Of a DNA stretch of 64,000 nt, positions 25,967 through 35,565 are shown piece by piece. The notes below the pieces were generated by a model that saw nothing but the letters and a program-made list of their open reading frames with translations, did no database searches and had not been told where the DNA came from. Within the stretch, counting starts at the first letter, position 1. Each line of letters starts with the position of its first letter. The position numbers and the translations under genes are program-made. The stretch spans positions 218,687 to 282,686 of the forward strand of contig CAYXYU010000002.1 in the NCBI GenBank assembly GCA_964469525.1. The letters run 5' to 3'. The DNA is from an uncultured Rickettsiales bacterium. Its GTDB lineage: Bacteria; Pseudomonadota; Alphaproteobacteria; Rickettsiales; SXRF01.

Positions 25967-26614
25967 ATGAAGTCTCCGCTCATCCTCGCCTCTTCCTCGC
26001 CGCGCCGGTTGCAGTTACTGCAACAGGTCGGGCATCCGCCTGATGAAGTCATTCCCGCCGGCATCGATGAAACCCCTTTAAAAAACGAAAAGCCGGCCGA
26101 TTACGTGCTGCGTCTCGCGCAGGCCAAGGCCGGGGCCGTTGCCGCAAACCATCCCGGTGTCATCGTGCTGGCCGCCGATACCGCCGTTGCCTGCGGGCGG
26201 CGCATCCTGCCCAAGGCGGAGGATGAACAGGCGGCCCGCCGCTGTCTGGAGTTGCTGTCGGGACGCCGCCATCGCGTGCATACGGCGGTGTGCGTGAAGG
26301 CCCGCGAGCAAAGCCAGTACAGGCTGGTGACGACCCAGGTGCGTTTTGCCCGCCTTACCAGGTCGATGATCGACGATTATATCCAGAGCGGCGAATGGCG
26401 CGGCAAGGCGGGCGGCTATGCCATTCAGGGCCGCGCCGAGGCGTTCATTCCCTGGATCAACGGCTCCTATTCCAACGTGGTCGGCCTGCCGTTGGCGGAA
26501 ACCTGCGCCCTCCTTAAAACAGCGGATTTGGATTGCGCGACGCGGTCAGCAGACCGCGCAGCCTTGAGCCCTGCTTCATGCGAGCGCCAGCAGGCGCGCA
26601 GCGGAGGCATTTAA
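25967..26614 (+). CDS. maf: Maf-like nucleoside triphosphate pyrophosphatase (septum formation protein)
   Basis: LILASSSPRRLQLLQQVG and GKAGGYAIQG are Maf-like. I chose the start MKSPL; the track ORF begins at 25895 and runs through the palindromic repeat. Confidence 0.85.
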   Translation: MKSPLILASSSPRRLQLLQQVGHPPDEVIPAGIDETPLKNEKPADYVLRLAQAKAGAVAANHPGVIVLAADTAVACGRRILPKAEDEQAARRCLELLSGRRHRVHTAVCVKAREQSQYRLVTTQVRFARLTRSMIDDYIQSGEWRGKAGGYAIQGRAEAFIPWINGSYSNVVGLPLAETCALLKTADLDCATRSADRAALSPASCERQQARSGGI

Positions 26615-26615
26615 T

Positions 26616-28145
26616 ATGGTAGCCCACGTCACCACCGTCGCCTTCGAGGGCATCGAGGTCACGCCGATCGACGTGCAGGTGCAGATCGTCGGCGGCATGC
26701 CGCGCTTTATCATCGTCGGCCTGCCCGACAAGGCGGTCGGCGAATCGCAGGAGCGCGTGCGGGCGGCGATCCATGCGCTCGGCCTCTCCATTCCCAACAA
26801 ACGCATCATCGTCAACCTGTCGCCTGCCGACATTGTAAAAGAGGGTAGCCATTTCGATCTGCCGATCGCCATCGGCCTGCTGATCGCCATGGGCGTGCTG
26901 CCGCAGGACGAGTTGGAACATTTCATCCTGCTCGGCGAGCTGTCGCTCGATGGCGGGCTGTTGCCGGTGGCGGGGGTGCTGCCGGCCGCCATGCACGCGC
27001 TGGCGGCGGAGAAGGGGCTGATCTGCCCGCAAAGCTCGGGGGGCGAGGCGGCATGGTCGGGGCTCGAGCCGGTGCTGGCGCCGTCGTCGCTGCTGGCGCT
27101 CATCAACCATTTCAAGGGTACGCAGGTACTGACGCAGCCGCCCTGCGAAATGGTGACCGACGATGCGCGCATCACCGACATGCGCGAAATCCGCGGCCAG
27201 CACACGGCGCGGCGGGCGCTCGAAGTCGCTGCTAGCGGCGGCCACAATCTGCTAATGATCGGCCCGCCGGGTGCGGGGAAATCCCTGCTGGCCTCCTGCC
27301 TGCCCGGCATCCTGCCGCCGCTCGACGCGGCGGAGATACTGGAGACCAGCATGGTCGCCTCCATTGCCGGGAAGCTTGATGGGGGGCGCCTCTCCTCGCG
27401 CCGCCCGTTCCGCGATCCGCACCATTCGGCCTCCATGGCGGCGATGGTCGGCGGCGGCAAGCGCGCGCTGCCGGGCGAGATCTCGCTGGCGCATCACGGC
27501 GTGCTGTTCCTCGACGAGCTGCCGGAATTCCCGCGCGCCGTGCTGGAGTCACTGCGCCAGCCCTTGGAAACCGGCAAGATTGCCGTCGCCCGCGCCGCGG
27601 CGCATGTGACCTACCCGGCGCGCTTCCAGCTGGTGGCGGCGATGAATCCCTGCCGCTGCGGCTATCTTGACGATCCGGGCCGCGCCTGCAACAAGGCGCC
27701 GCGCTGCGCCATGGATTACCAGTCGAAGATTTCCGGTCCGCTGTTCGACCGCTTCGACATGGCGATCGAAGTGCCCGAGGTGCCCACGCTCGACATGCTG
27801 TCGCATGCGCAGGGCGAGCCGAGTGCGGCGGTGGCGGCACGGGTAGGGCAGGCGCGCGAGCGGCAGAAGGCGCGCTTTGCCGATATGTCGTTGCCCATCC
27901 GCACCAATGCCGAGCTGTTCGGCGAGACGCTGCACAAGCTGGTTACGCCCGACGCGAAGGGCAAGCAGATGCTCGAACAGGCGACGGAGAAACTCAGGCT
28001 TTCGATGCGCGGCTATACGCGTGTGCTGCGCGTCGCCCGCACCATCGCCGATCTCGACGGCAGCGAGCAGGTCACCCAGCCCCATATCGGCGAGGCGCTT
28101 TCCTACCGCCAGCTGCAGTTCGGCCGGGTGCTGGAGGAGGCCTGA
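26616..28145 (+). CDS. comM: YifB/ComM family Mg-chelatase-like AAA+ ATPase
   Basis: It has a Lon-protease-like N-terminal domain, the Walker A motif MIGPPGAGKS, GVLFLDELPEF and a C-terminal Mg-chelatase ChlI-like region. Confidence 0.88.
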   Translation: MVAHVTTVAFEGIEVTPIDVQVQIVGGMPRFIIVGLPDKAVGESQERVRAAIHALGLSIPNKRIIVNLSPADIVKEGSHFDLPIAIGLLIAMGVLPQDELEHFILLGELSLDGGLLPVAGVLPAAMHALAAEKGLICPQSSGGEAAWSGLEPVLAPSSLLALINHFKGTQVLTQPPCEMVTDDARITDMREIRGQHTARRALEVAASGGHNLLMIGPPGAGKSLLASCLPGILPPLDAAEILETSMVASIAGKLDGGRLSSRRPFRDPHHSASMAAMVGGGKRALPGEISLAHHGVLFLDELPEFPRAVLESLRQPLETGKIAVARAAAHVTYPARFQLVAAMNPCRCGYLDDPGRACNKAPRCAMDYQSKISGPLFDRFDMAIEVPEVPTLDMLSHAQGEPSAAVAARVGQARERQKARFADMSLPIRTNAELFGETLHKLVTPDAKGKQMLEQATEKLRLSMRGYTRVLRVARTIADLDGSEQVTQPHIGEALSYRQLQFGRVLEEA

Positions 28146-28149
28146 TTAT

Positions 28150-28303
28150 CCCCGCACTTGTTGCGGGGCCTGGTATTCTTAATTATTGTCATGGTCGGGC
28201 TTGACCCGACCATCCATTGTATAAAATGGATCCTCGGCTCAGGGCCGAGGATGACAAGAACCAGACCCCGCCATCCCCGCAATAAATGCGGGGTGAGGCG
28301 GGG
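28150..28303. repeat. Cluster of five consecutive GC-rich hairpins of different repeat families in a convergent intergenic region
   Basis: The hairpins are 28150-28168 (CCCCGCA/TGCGGGG), 28191-28213 (ATGGTCGGG/CCCGACCAT), 28214-28229 (weak), 28230-28252 (ATCCTCGGC/GCCGAGGAT) and a nested pair at 28266-28303. Confidence 0.7.
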
Positions 28304-28304
28304 A

Positions 28305-29243
28305 TTAAAAATGCCTGAACCCCTTCTTTCCCATCGTCACCAGCTTGCCCGATTCGTCCAGTACGCGCACATCCCTGCCTTCGGTCATGATGCCGATGCG
28401 CATGCAGCCGGGCAGCGCTTCCTTGCCGGGCGGAAGGGTGAAGAGCAGCTCGTAATCGTCGCCGCCGGCGAGCACGGCGTCCCACAGGGCGGGGTTGTCC
28501 TTGATCATCTGCGCCGCCGTTTCGCTTAAAGGGATTTTGTCGCGTTCAATGTCGGCGCCGGTGCCGGAGGTTTCGCAGATATGCCCCAGATCCTGCACCA
28601 GCCCGTCCGACACGTCGATGCAGGCGGAAGCCAGTCCACGCAGTTGCTGGCCGAGCGCGATGCGCGGCTGCGGCAGCAGGTAGCGGTCCACTAATTTCCC
28701 CTCCCCCCTGCGGGGGGAGGGGTTTCCTTGCAGCAATTTCAATCCCAGCGCCGCGTCGCCGAGGGTACCGCTCACATAAACCAGATCGCCCACCTTCGCA
28801 CCGCTGCGCTTCAGCGCTTTCCCTTCAGGCACGGTGCCGAGCGCGGTCAGCGACAGGCATAGCGGGCCGGGAGTGGCGGTGGTATCGCCGCCCGCCAGGT
28901 GAATGGCGAATTCCTGCTGGTCTGCCGTCAGCCCTGCCGCGAAGCGTTGCAGCCACTCGATACCAGTAGTTTTTGGTAGCATCACGGCGAGGAAATAACA
29001 GAGCGGCGTTGCCCCCATCGCGGCAAGGTCGGACAGGTTGACGCGCATCAGCTTGCGGGCGATCAGGCCGGGCTCCTCGTGACCTAAGAAATGCACGCCT
29101 TCGACGATGGCATCCTTGGTAACGACCAGTTCCTGTCCGGCAGGCACAGCGAACACCGCTGCATCATCTGTCAGATTCAGGCTGCCGGGGAAATCCTTGG
29201 CCAGCGGCGCGAAGCATTTTTTGATGAGGGCGAATTCGTCCAT
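28305..29243 (-). CDS. thiL: Thiamine-monophosphate kinase
   Basis: It resembles ThiL along its full length (DEFALIKK.., VVTKDAIVEGVHF, SDLAAMGA, CIDVSDGL). AAGGAG lies upstream. Confidence 0.88.
   Translation of the reverse strand: MDEFALIKKCFAPLAKDFPGSLNLTDDAAVFAVPAGQELVVTKDAIVEGVHFLGHEEPGLIARKLMRVNLSDLAAMGATPLCYFLAVMLPKTTGIEWLQRFAAGLTADQQEFAIHLAGGDTTATPGPLCLSLTALGTVPEGKALKRSGAKVGDLVYVSGTLGDAALGLKLLQGNPSPRRGEGKLVDRYLLPQPRIALGQQLRGLASACIDVSDGLVQDLGHICETSGTGADIERDKIPLSETAAQMIKDNPALWDAVLAGGDDYELLFTLPPGKEALPGCMRIGIMTEGRDVRVLDESGKLVTMGKKGFRHF
28698..28722. repeat. Perfect 11-bp-stem palindrome CCCCTCCCCCC-TGC-GGGGGGAGGGG inside the thiL coding frame
   Basis: I read this directly from the sequence. 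It encodes NPSPRRGEGK in the ThiL frame. Confidence 0.85.
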
Positions 29244-29255
29244 AAGCTCCTTTTT

Positions 29256-29278
29256 TCCTCCTCCTGAAAGGGGGAGGA
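29256..29278. repeat. Palindromic repeat TCCTCCTCC-TGAAA-GGGGGAGGA (same family as 28698 and 29333)
   Basis: It has a 9-bp stem with one G-T pair and lies just upstream of the thiL RBS. Confidence 0.6.
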
Positions 29279-29332
29279 TTAAGGAGGAGGTCTCTATCCG
29301 CTTGCTCGAACTGGCGGGAGACCCCCACCCAG

Positions 29333-29353
29333 CCTCCCCCTTTCAGGGGGAGG
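29333..29353. repeat. Palindromic repeat CCTCCCCCT-TTC-AGGGGGAGG
   Basis: It has a perfect 9-bp stem and lies 2 nt downstream of the nusB stop. Confidence 0.7.
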
Positions 29354-29355
29354 AG

Positions 29356-29844
29356 TTAGTATTGCTGCGCCAGCGTGGCGAGCGCGCCATGCACGAAGCC
29401 GATTTCGGCATCATCGCAGAACTGCCTGGCTAGACGCGTATATTCGTCAATCACGATCTTCGGTGCGATTTCTTTCGCAAAAAACATCTCGTAGATGCTG
29501 CACTGCAAAATGGCAATCAGCAGCGGGCTCATGCGCTCGCGCTTCCAGCTTCCTGATAAAGCGCCATCCAGCCGCAGGTCGATCTCGATCAGGTTTTCGG
29601 CTACCCCGCCCAGCAGCGCTTCGGCCAGCTTGTAATTGGGCTCGATCGGCGCGCCGACCGTAAGCTTCTGTTCATTCTTGTTATTCGCCAGTTTTTTCTT
29701 CAGCACGTTGATCTGCTGCGTCGGCGTGCGCTTCTCGCCGGTCAGCGTCGCACTATAAAGGCACTGCACGGCGGCCATGCGGGCAGCCGATTTCTTCTGC
29801 AGCGAGGGGTTGACGAATCTCTGCTCAGCGCTCATCGGGCACAT
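29356..29844 (-). CDS. nusB: Transcription antitermination factor NusB
   Basis: AARMAAVQCLYS and the position after ribH indicate NusB. The alternative start MSAEQ at 29835 is equally possible. Confidence 0.85.
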   Translation of the reverse strand: MCPMSAEQRFVNPSLQKKSAARMAAVQCLYSATLTGEKRTPTQQINVLKKKLANNKNEQKLTVGAPIEPNYKLAEALLGGVAENLIEIDLRLDGALSGSWKRERMSPLLIAILQCSIYEMFFAKEIAPKIVIDEYTRLARQFCDDAEIGFVHGALATLAQQY

Positions 29845-30262
29845 CGAAGCGGCGTTTGATTTCGATCATGCGCAGGCAGGCTTCCGCGGCGTGCGCGCCC
29901 TTGTTGCCCTCCTTCACCCTGGCGCGCGCCCAGGCCTGCTCTTCGTTCTCGACGGTGAGGATGCCGTAGCCGATGGCGGCGCCGTGCTGCAGCGAAAGCC
30001 CCATCAGCCCGCGCGCGCTTTCCTCGCAGACATAATCATAATGCGTCGTCTCGCCGCGAATGACGCAGCCGAGGGCGATGAAGCCGTCGAACTTGCTGTC
30101 ATAGGTCGCAAAGCCGATGGCGGCGGGGATTTCGAATGCGCCCGGCACCTCCAGCACCTCATGCGTCGCGCCTGCCTTATTCAGCACGGCGATGGCGCCT
30201 TTTTCCAGCTCGGCGGCGATGTCCGGGTAAAACCGTCCGGAAACGATGAGAATATGTGTCAT
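29825..30262 (-). CDS. ribH: 6,7-dimethyl-8-ribityllumazine synthase
   Basis: ILIVSGRFY, VPGAFEIP and LGCVIRGETTHYDYV are RibH-like. Confidence 0.9.
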   Translation of the reverse strand: MTHILIVSGRFYPDIAAELEKGAIAVLNKAGATHEVLEVPGAFEIPAAIGFATYDSKFDGFIALGCVIRGETTHYDYVCEESARGLMGLSLQHGAAIGYGILTVENEEQAWARARVKEGNKGAHAAEACLRMIEIKRRFDVPDER

Positions 30263-31362
30263 ATGTCTTCCACTGGCTGATAGTCCTTGATCGTGAGCCC
30301 ATAGCCTTCGAGCCCGATAACCGAGCGCTTGGCGTTCGACAACAGTATCATGTCGCGCACGCCGAGATCGAGCAGGATCTGCGCGCCGATGCCGTAATCG
30401 CGCAGATCCATCGGCGACAGCGGCTGCTCGCCGAGCTTGAGGCGCACCCGGTCGGAGACGGAGGTGCGGATCGGCTCGCGGATCAGCACGACGACGCCCG
30501 ATCCCACTCGCTCGATCTGTTCCATGGCGGGGGCGAGGGCGCTTCCCGGCGTCTCTGCGTCGGCCAGCAGGTCGGTCAGCAGGTTCAGCGAATGCATGCG
30601 CACCAGCGCTGGTTTTTGCGTATCGATCCTGCCTTTGACCAGCGCGATATGCTCGGCATATTCATGGGTAGCGGTATAGACGATCATACGCCAGTTGCCG
30701 CCGTGGCGGCTTTCGAAATCGCTCTCAACCACGCGCTGCACCAGCTTCTCCGAGCGACGGCGGTAGGAGATGAGGTCGGCAATGGTGCCGATTTTCAGGC
30801 CGTGCTGGTTGGCGAAGCTCACGAGGTCGGGCAGGCGGGCCATGCTACCGTCGTCATTCATGATCTCGCAGATGACGCCGGACGGGTTTAATCCTGCCAG
30901 CCGGGCGATATCGACGGCGGCTTCGGTGTGCCCGGCGCGCACCAGCACGCCGCCTTCCTTGGCGACCAGCGGAAAGACATGGCCGGGAGAGGCGAGGTCG
31001 TGTGCGTGTTTCGACGGATCAATGGCGACCTGGATGGTATGGGCGCGGTCGGCGGCGGAGATGCCGGTGGTGACGCCCTCGCGTGCCTCGATGGACACGG
31101 TGAAGGCCGTCTGGTGGCGCGAGCTGTTCTCGCGCGACATCAGGTTGAGGCCCAGTTGCGCCACGCGCTCCTGCGTCAGGGCGAGGCAGATCAGCCCGCG
31201 CCCGTGCTTCGCCATGAAGTTGACCGCTTCCGGCGTGGCGAACTGCGCGGGGATAACAAGGTCGCCCTCGTTTTCGCGTGCCTCGTCATCGACCAGCACA
31301 AACATGCGGCCCTCGCGGGCTTCCTCGATGATGTCGGCAATGGGGGAGAGGGGGGCGGACAT
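30259..31362 (-). CDS. ribBA: Bifunctional 3,4-dihydroxy-2-butanone-4-phosphate synthase / GTP cyclohydrolase II-like protein
   Basis: The DHBP synthase motifs DDEARENEGDL and GHTEAAVD are followed by a GCHII-like C-terminal half. Confidence 0.88.
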   Translation of the reverse strand: MSAPLSPIADIIEEAREGRMFVLVDDEARENEGDLVIPAQFATPEAVNFMAKHGRGLICLALTQERVAQLGLNLMSRENSSRHQTAFTVSIEAREGVTTGISAADRAHTIQVAIDPSKHAHDLASPGHVFPLVAKEGGVLVRAGHTEAAVDIARLAGLNPSGVICEIMNDDGSMARLPDLVSFANQHGLKIGTIADLISYRRRSEKLVQRVVESDFESRHGGNWRMIVYTATHEYAEHIALVKGRIDTQKPALVRMHSLNLLTDLLADAETPGSALAPAMEQIERVGSGVVVLIREPIRTSVSDRVRLKLGEQPLSPMDLRDYGIGAQILLDLGVRDMILLSNAKRSVIGLEGYGLTIKDYQPVEDI

Positions 31363-31363
31363 A

Positions 31364-31948
31364 TTATTTTCCTAACAACCGCGCGGCATAGCGCGCGATT
31401 AGATCGACTTCCAGGTTCAGCGCATCACCTTGTTTGCGCTCGGACAGGGTGGTTGCCTGCCACGTATGGGGAATAATGTTAACCCAAAAACGGCCGCCTT
31501 CAACCTGATTAACCGTCAGCGACACACCGTCGAGCGTCACCGAGCCCTTTTCGGCAATGAAACGGGCAAGTTCCGGCGGCGCTTCCAATGCCATAATATG
31601 TGAGTCCCCAGAATTGGTTACTTCGATAACCTTAACCACACCATCAACATGCCCAGCCACTAAATGCCCGTCCAATGAATCACCCAGCTTCAGGGAGGTT
31701 TCAAGGTTGACCCGCCGCCCTTTCTCCCACTGGCCGGGGGCGGTGCGGTGGAGAGTTTCGGCGGAGAGACTAGCTTCAAAATTCCCCTTATTTTTTGCGA
31801 TAACCGTCAGACAACAGCCGTTGCAGGCAATCGAATCGCCGACGCGCAACGCATCTTCCTGCAGGGGACTGGCGACTTTTATGCGCAGATCGCCCTGTTT
31901 TTCTGCCGATTCGATGCGGCCGATATGGCGTATAATGCCGGTGAACAT
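31364..31948 (-). CDS. ribE: Riboflavin synthase
   Basis: MFTGIIRHIGRI and the duplicated lumazine-binding repeat (GDSIACNGCCLTV / GSVTLDGVSLTV) identify it. Confidence 0.92.
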   Translation of the reverse strand: MFTGIIRHIGRIESAEKQGDLRIKVASPLQEDALRVGDSIACNGCCLTVIAKNKGNFEASLSAETLHRTAPGQWEKGRRVNLETSLKLGDSLDGHLVAGHVDGVVKVIEVTNSGDSHIMALEAPPELARFIAEKGSVTLDGVSLTVNQVEGGRFWVNIIPHTWQATTLSERKQGDALNLEVDLIARYAARLLGK

Positions 31949-31953
31949 AATCT

Positions 31954-31979
31954 GTCATCCCCGCGCAGGCGGGGATCCA
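31954..31979 (+). repeat. GC-rich palindromic repeat GTCATCCCCGCGCAGGCGGGGATCCA
   Basis: It lies between ribE and ribD. The last codons of the ribD ORF (..NGSPPARG stop) are read through it. Confidence 0.7.
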
Positions 31980-32974
31980 TTCCTTTCCAGGATTTCCAAT
32001 CGATCCTTGCCCAAGGTTATTTCTTCCTGTGGCGTCCACTGCGCCGGATCAAGGGTAAAACCTTCCGCGAAAACGTCCAGTCCTTTATCGCCGATAGTCA
32101 TCGGGGCGCGGAACCAGTAGATGCGGTCAACCAGCCCGCTTTGCAGAAAAGCTGTGCTAAGCGCTTGCCCGGCTTCGACCATGAGGCGGGTGATGCCTTT
32201 TTCCGTAAGCAAGGTCAGTGCTTCAGGGATGGATGGCTGTGACATTATCCAGACCGGCACAGTATGCGCAGTTTTCATCAATTGTGAATCCTTTGGCATT
32301 CGTCCGTGCCGATCGAACACCACACGCACCGGGGATTTATCTTCAAGGCCGGGCAGGCGGCAAGTCAGGAGCGGGTTGTCGGCCAGCACGGTGCCGATGC
32401 CGGTGGCGATGGCATCGTGTTGGCTGCGCAGGAACTGGCCATAATCACGGCCCTTCTTGCCGGTGATCCATCGGCTGTTTGGATCGCCGGTGGTAATCTT
32501 ACCATCCGCCGATGTTGCAATTTTGAGTGCAACATAAGGCCGTTTCTTTTCGATGACGGAAAAAAAGCCGCGATTAATCTCGCGAGCCTCCTTTTCGCAG
32601 ATACCCTCTATTACCTCGATCCCAGCCTTTTTCAACTGGGCAATGCCCTTCCCATTGACTTGGGGATGAGGATCGCGGCAGGCGATAATACAGCGGGCGA
32701 TACCCGAGTGGATGATGGCGTCGGTGCAGGGCGGCGTTTTGCCGTGATGGGCGCAAGGCTCCAGCGTGACATACAGGGCGGCGCCTTGGGCATCGGTATT
32801 TTTCAAGACTTGGGTTTCCGCATGCGGCCGCCCGCCGCATGCGGTCCAGCCTTCGGCGATAATAGTTCCGTCGCGCACGACAACCGCGCCGACCGACGGA
32901 TTGGGCCAGGTCTGGCCGAGATTGCGCTCCGCCAGCGACAGGGCGGCTCGCATGAAATGCGCATGGTCAGGCAT
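31955..32974 (-). CDS. ribD: Bifunctional riboflavin biosynthesis deaminase/reductase
   Basis: It has the deaminase motifs NPSVGAVVV, HAE and PCAHHGKTPPC plus a reductase C-terminal half. I chose the start at MPDHAHFMRAAL (32974), which removes the overlap with the upstream lipoprotein ORF. Confidence 0.88.
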   Translation of the reverse strand: MPDHAHFMRAALSLAERNLGQTWPNPSVGAVVVRDGTIIAEGWTACGGRPHAETQVLKNTDAQGAALYVTLEPCAHHGKTPPCTDAIIHSGIARCIIACRDPHPQVNGKGIAQLKKAGIEVIEGICEKEAREINRGFFSVIEKKRPYVALKIATSADGKITTGDPNSRWITGKKGRDYGQFLRSQHDAIATGIGTVLADNPLLTCRLPGLEDKSPVRVVFDRHGRMPKDSQLMKTAHTVPVWIMSQPSIPEALTLLTEKGITRLMVEAGQALSTAFLQSGLVDRIYWFRAPMTIGDKGLDVFAEGFTLDPAQWTPQEEITLGKDRLEILERNGSPPARG

Positions 32975-32984
32975 ATAACGTGGC

Positions 32985-33263
32985 TTAGGAAGCGGGAGTG
33001 GCACCATCATCCATGGCGGGCGGTTCTTCCGCATGGGCATTGTCATTGGATGGCTGAACGAGCAGCGGCTTCAGCTCGGTCTCGGCCTGCCCGCGCTGCT
33101 GCTTGATGGCCTCACTGCGCGTGCGGCCGGATTCGGTGATGCATTGCCAGTGCTCGCAACGTTCACCGATAACGGGCATGTACGAACCCATATGGTCGGC
33201 CTGGCGGCCGATCCACGCACAGCCTGTCAGCAATGACAGCGCTATCAGCCAAGCGTATCTCAT
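32985..33263 (-). CDS. Small lipoprotein, hypothetical
   Basis: It has a signal peptide with lipobox (LSLLTGC), and its start overlaps the nrdR stop. Confidence 0.5.
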   Translation of the reverse strand: MRYAWLIALSLLTGCAWIGRQADHMGSYMPVIGERCEHWQCITESGRTRSEAIKQQRGQAETELKPLLVQPSNDNAHAEEPPAMDDGATPAS

Positions 33264-33721
33264 GCCTTTTGCCCTTCGTCCAGTTCCTCGACGATGTCCT
33301 CGAAATCCTTGGCCTCGCGGAAATCGCGGTAGACGGAGGCAAAGCGGATATAGGCCACCGAGTCGATCTTCTTCAGCTCCTCCATGATGATGGTGCCGAT
33401 CATCGATGTGGGAATTTCGCTCTCCCCGAGCGATTCGAGCTTCTGGGTAATGCGCGTCACCAGTTGCTCGACCTGCTCCGGCGCCACCGGACGCTTACGG
33501 AGCGCCAGCGCGACCGAACGCGCTAGCTTGTCGCGATCGAACATGCGCCGCTCGCCGTTTTTCTTCAGCACCGTCAGCTCCCTGAGCTGCACGCGCTCGA
33601 ACGTGGTGAAGCGCGAGTTGCATTCCGGGCAGAAGCGGCGCCGGCGGATGGTCAGCCCGTCCTCGCTCGGGCGCGAGTCCTTCACCTGGGTATCCGTATG
33701 GCCGCAGAAGGGGCATTTCAT
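33260..33721 (-). CDS. nrdR: Transcriptional repressor NrdR
   Basis: It has the zinc ribbon [34 protein letters not shown] and an ATP-cone. Confidence 0.95.
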   Translation of the reverse strand: MKCPFCGHTDTQVKDSRPSEDGLTIRRRRFCPECNSRFTTFERVQLRELTVLKKNGERRMFDRDKLARSVALALRKRPVAPEQVEQLVTRITQKLESLGESEIPTSMIGTIIMEELKKIDSVAYIRFASVYRDFREAKDFEDIVEELDEGQKA

Positions 33722-33733
33722 AACACTACCTGT

Positions 33734-35047
33734 TTATAATCCCTGATAAATCGGAAACCGCTTACACAGTTCCAGCGTCTGCTGGCGGACTTTCTGCTCC
33801 ACTGCGCCGTTGTCACCGCCCTTGGTGAGCCCATCCAGGACATCGCCGATCATTTCGCCGATTTGCTGGAATTCCTTGATGCCGAAACCGCGTGTCGTGC
33901 CGGCGGGGGTGCCGAGGCGAATGCCTGAGGTTACGAACGGCTTTTCCGGGTCGAAGGGGATGGCGTTCTTGTTGCAGGTGAGGCCGGCGCGCTCGAGCGA
34001 TTCCTCGGCGGCCTTGCCGGTCAGTTTCTTGGGGCGCAAATCGGCCAGCATGAGGTGATTATCAGTGCCGCCGGAGACGATATCGACGCCGCGCTTCTTC
34101 AGCGTGTCGGCCAGCGCCTTGGCATTCTCGACCACCTGCTTCCCGTAAACCTTGAATTCAGGGGTGAGCGCCTCGCCGAATGCCACCGCTTTGGCGGCGA
34201 TGACGTGCATCAGCGGGCCGCCCTGGATGCCGGGGAAAATAGCAGAGTTCAGCTTCTTGCCCAGTTCCTCATCGTTGGAGAGGATCAGGCCGCCGCGCGG
34301 GCCGCGCAGCGTCTTGTGGGTGGTAGTGGTGACGACATGGGCGTGGGGCAGGGGGCTGGGGTAGAGTCCCGCCGCGACGAGACCCGCCACATGCGCCATA
34401 TCCGCCATGAAATAGGCACCCACACTATCAGCGATTTTACGGAAGCGCGCCCAGTCGACGATGCGCGAATAGGCCGAGAACCCGGCGACGATCATCTTTG
34501 GTTTATGCTCCTTCGCCAGCTTCTCGACTTCCTCGTAATCGATCAGCCCGTCTTCCTTCTTCACGCCATACTGGATGGCGCGGAACCATTTGCCCGACTG
34601 GTTGGGCGCCGCGCCGTGCGTCAGGTGGCCGCCGGCGGCGAGCGACTGGCCGAGAATGGTGTCGCCCGGCATCAGCAGACTCATGAATACGCCCTGATTG
34701 GCCTGCGAGCCGGAATGGGGCTGCACGTTGACGTAGGCGCAGCCAAAAAGTTTTTTGGCGCGGTCGATCGCCAGCTGTTCCGCCTTGTCCACCCATTCGC
34801 AGCCCCCGTAATAGCGCTTGCCCGGATAGCCCTCGGCGTATTTGTTGGTCATCAGGCAGCCCTGCGCCTGCAGCACGGCTTTGCTTACAATATTTTCCGA
34901 GGCGATCAGCTCGATCTGGTTCTGCTGGCGCGACAATTCGCCTTCAATGGCAGTGAAAATCTCGGGGTCGGCCTTGGCGAGGGGCTTGTCGAAAAAAGGA
35001 TTCATCTCGTTGCTCAATGTCATCTTGGGTTGGGTAGCGTGGCTCAT
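33734..35047 (-). CDS. glyA: Serine hydroxymethyltransferase
   Basis: The GlyA motifs [23 protein letters not shown] and others are present. The start is set at MSHATQ (35047); the track ORF extends to 35176 into rpiB. Confidence 0.95.
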   Translation of the reverse strand: MSHATQPKMTLSNEMNPFFDKPLAKADPEIFTAIEGELSRQQNQIELIASENIVSKAVLQAQGCLMTNKYAEGYPGKRYYGGCEWVDKAEQLAIDRAKKLFGCAYVNVQPHSGSQANQGVFMSLLMPGDTILGQSLAAGGHLTHGAAPNQSGKWFRAIQYGVKKEDGLIDYEEVEKLAKEHKPKMIVAGFSAYSRIVDWARFRKIADSVGAYFMADMAHVAGLVAAGLYPSPLPHAHVVTTTTHKTLRGPRGGLILSNDEELGKKLNSAIFPGIQGGPLMHVIAAKAVAFGEALTPEFKVYGKQVVENAKALADTLKKRGVDIVSGGTDNHLMLADLRPKKLTGKAAEESLERAGLTCNKNAIPFDPEKPFVTSGIRLGTPAGTTRGFGIKEFQQIGEMIGDVLDGLTKGGDNGAVEQKVRQQTLELCKRFPIYQGL

Positions 35048-35061
35048 TTCCGTTCCTTTGG

Positions 35062-35493
35062 TTACGATAGTTTGGTGACGCGGCCCGCATGCCGCCCGCC
35101 TTCGAAATCCGTCGTCAAAAACGCCTTCAACGCCGCTTCGGCATCTTCCTTTGTCGTGGTGCGTGCACCCAGGCACAGCACGTTGGCATCGTTATGCTTC
35201 CGTGCTAGCTGCGCTTCCTCAGCGTTATGCACAAGCGCGGCGCGAATGTCCTTATGCCGGTTGGCGGCAATCGACATGCCGATGCCCGACCCGCAGATCA
35301 GCACGCCGCGGCTTCCCGCATGCGCGCGCATCCATTCCACCAGTGCAGCGGCAAAATCCGGATAGTCCACGGACTGCACATCTTTCGTTCCCAGGTCGTT
35401 CACCGCATACCCCAGCTGTTCGATGTCGCGCTTCAGCGTTTCCTTCAGTTCAAAACCGGCGTGGTCGGAGGCAATCGCAATCGTATGTTTCAT
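35062..35493 (-). CDS. rpiB: Ribose-5-phosphate isomerase B
   Basis: [13 protein letters not shown] and [16 protein letters not shown] identify it. Confidence 0.9.
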   Translation of the reverse strand: MKHTIAIASDHAGFELKETLKRDIEQLGYAVNDLGTKDVQSVDYPDFAAALVEWMRAHAGSRGVLICGSGIGMSIAANRHKDIRAALVHNAEEAQLARKHNDANVLCLGARTTTKEDAEAALKAFLTTDFEGGRHAGRVTKLS

Positions 35494-35565
35494 GAAGTGG
35501 CGCTGCTACTATATATAGACTTGCCTTTCTGCCATGGTATGATGGCTCGTGCAATCCAAAAATGA

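Noticed and set aside
26514-27840. Several 200-290-aa minus-strand ORFs opposite comM
   Set aside because: They are Arg/Pro/Ala-rich shadows. The ComM frame has Walker A and Mg-chelatase motifs.
29244-35061. Looked for FMN, TPP or ZTP/glycine-type riboswitches around the rib, thiL and glyA genes
   Set aside because: Intergenic spaces here are 0-14 nt, or are filled by the palindromic repeats. No leader long enough for such an aptamer was seen upstream of these genes in the window.
34055-35365. 436-aa + strand ORF antisense to glyA/rpiB
   Set aside because: It lies entirely opposite two strongly recognisable genes. Its amino-acid composition (Arg/Ala/Gly-rich, no motifs) is typical of shadow ORFs in GC-rich DNA.
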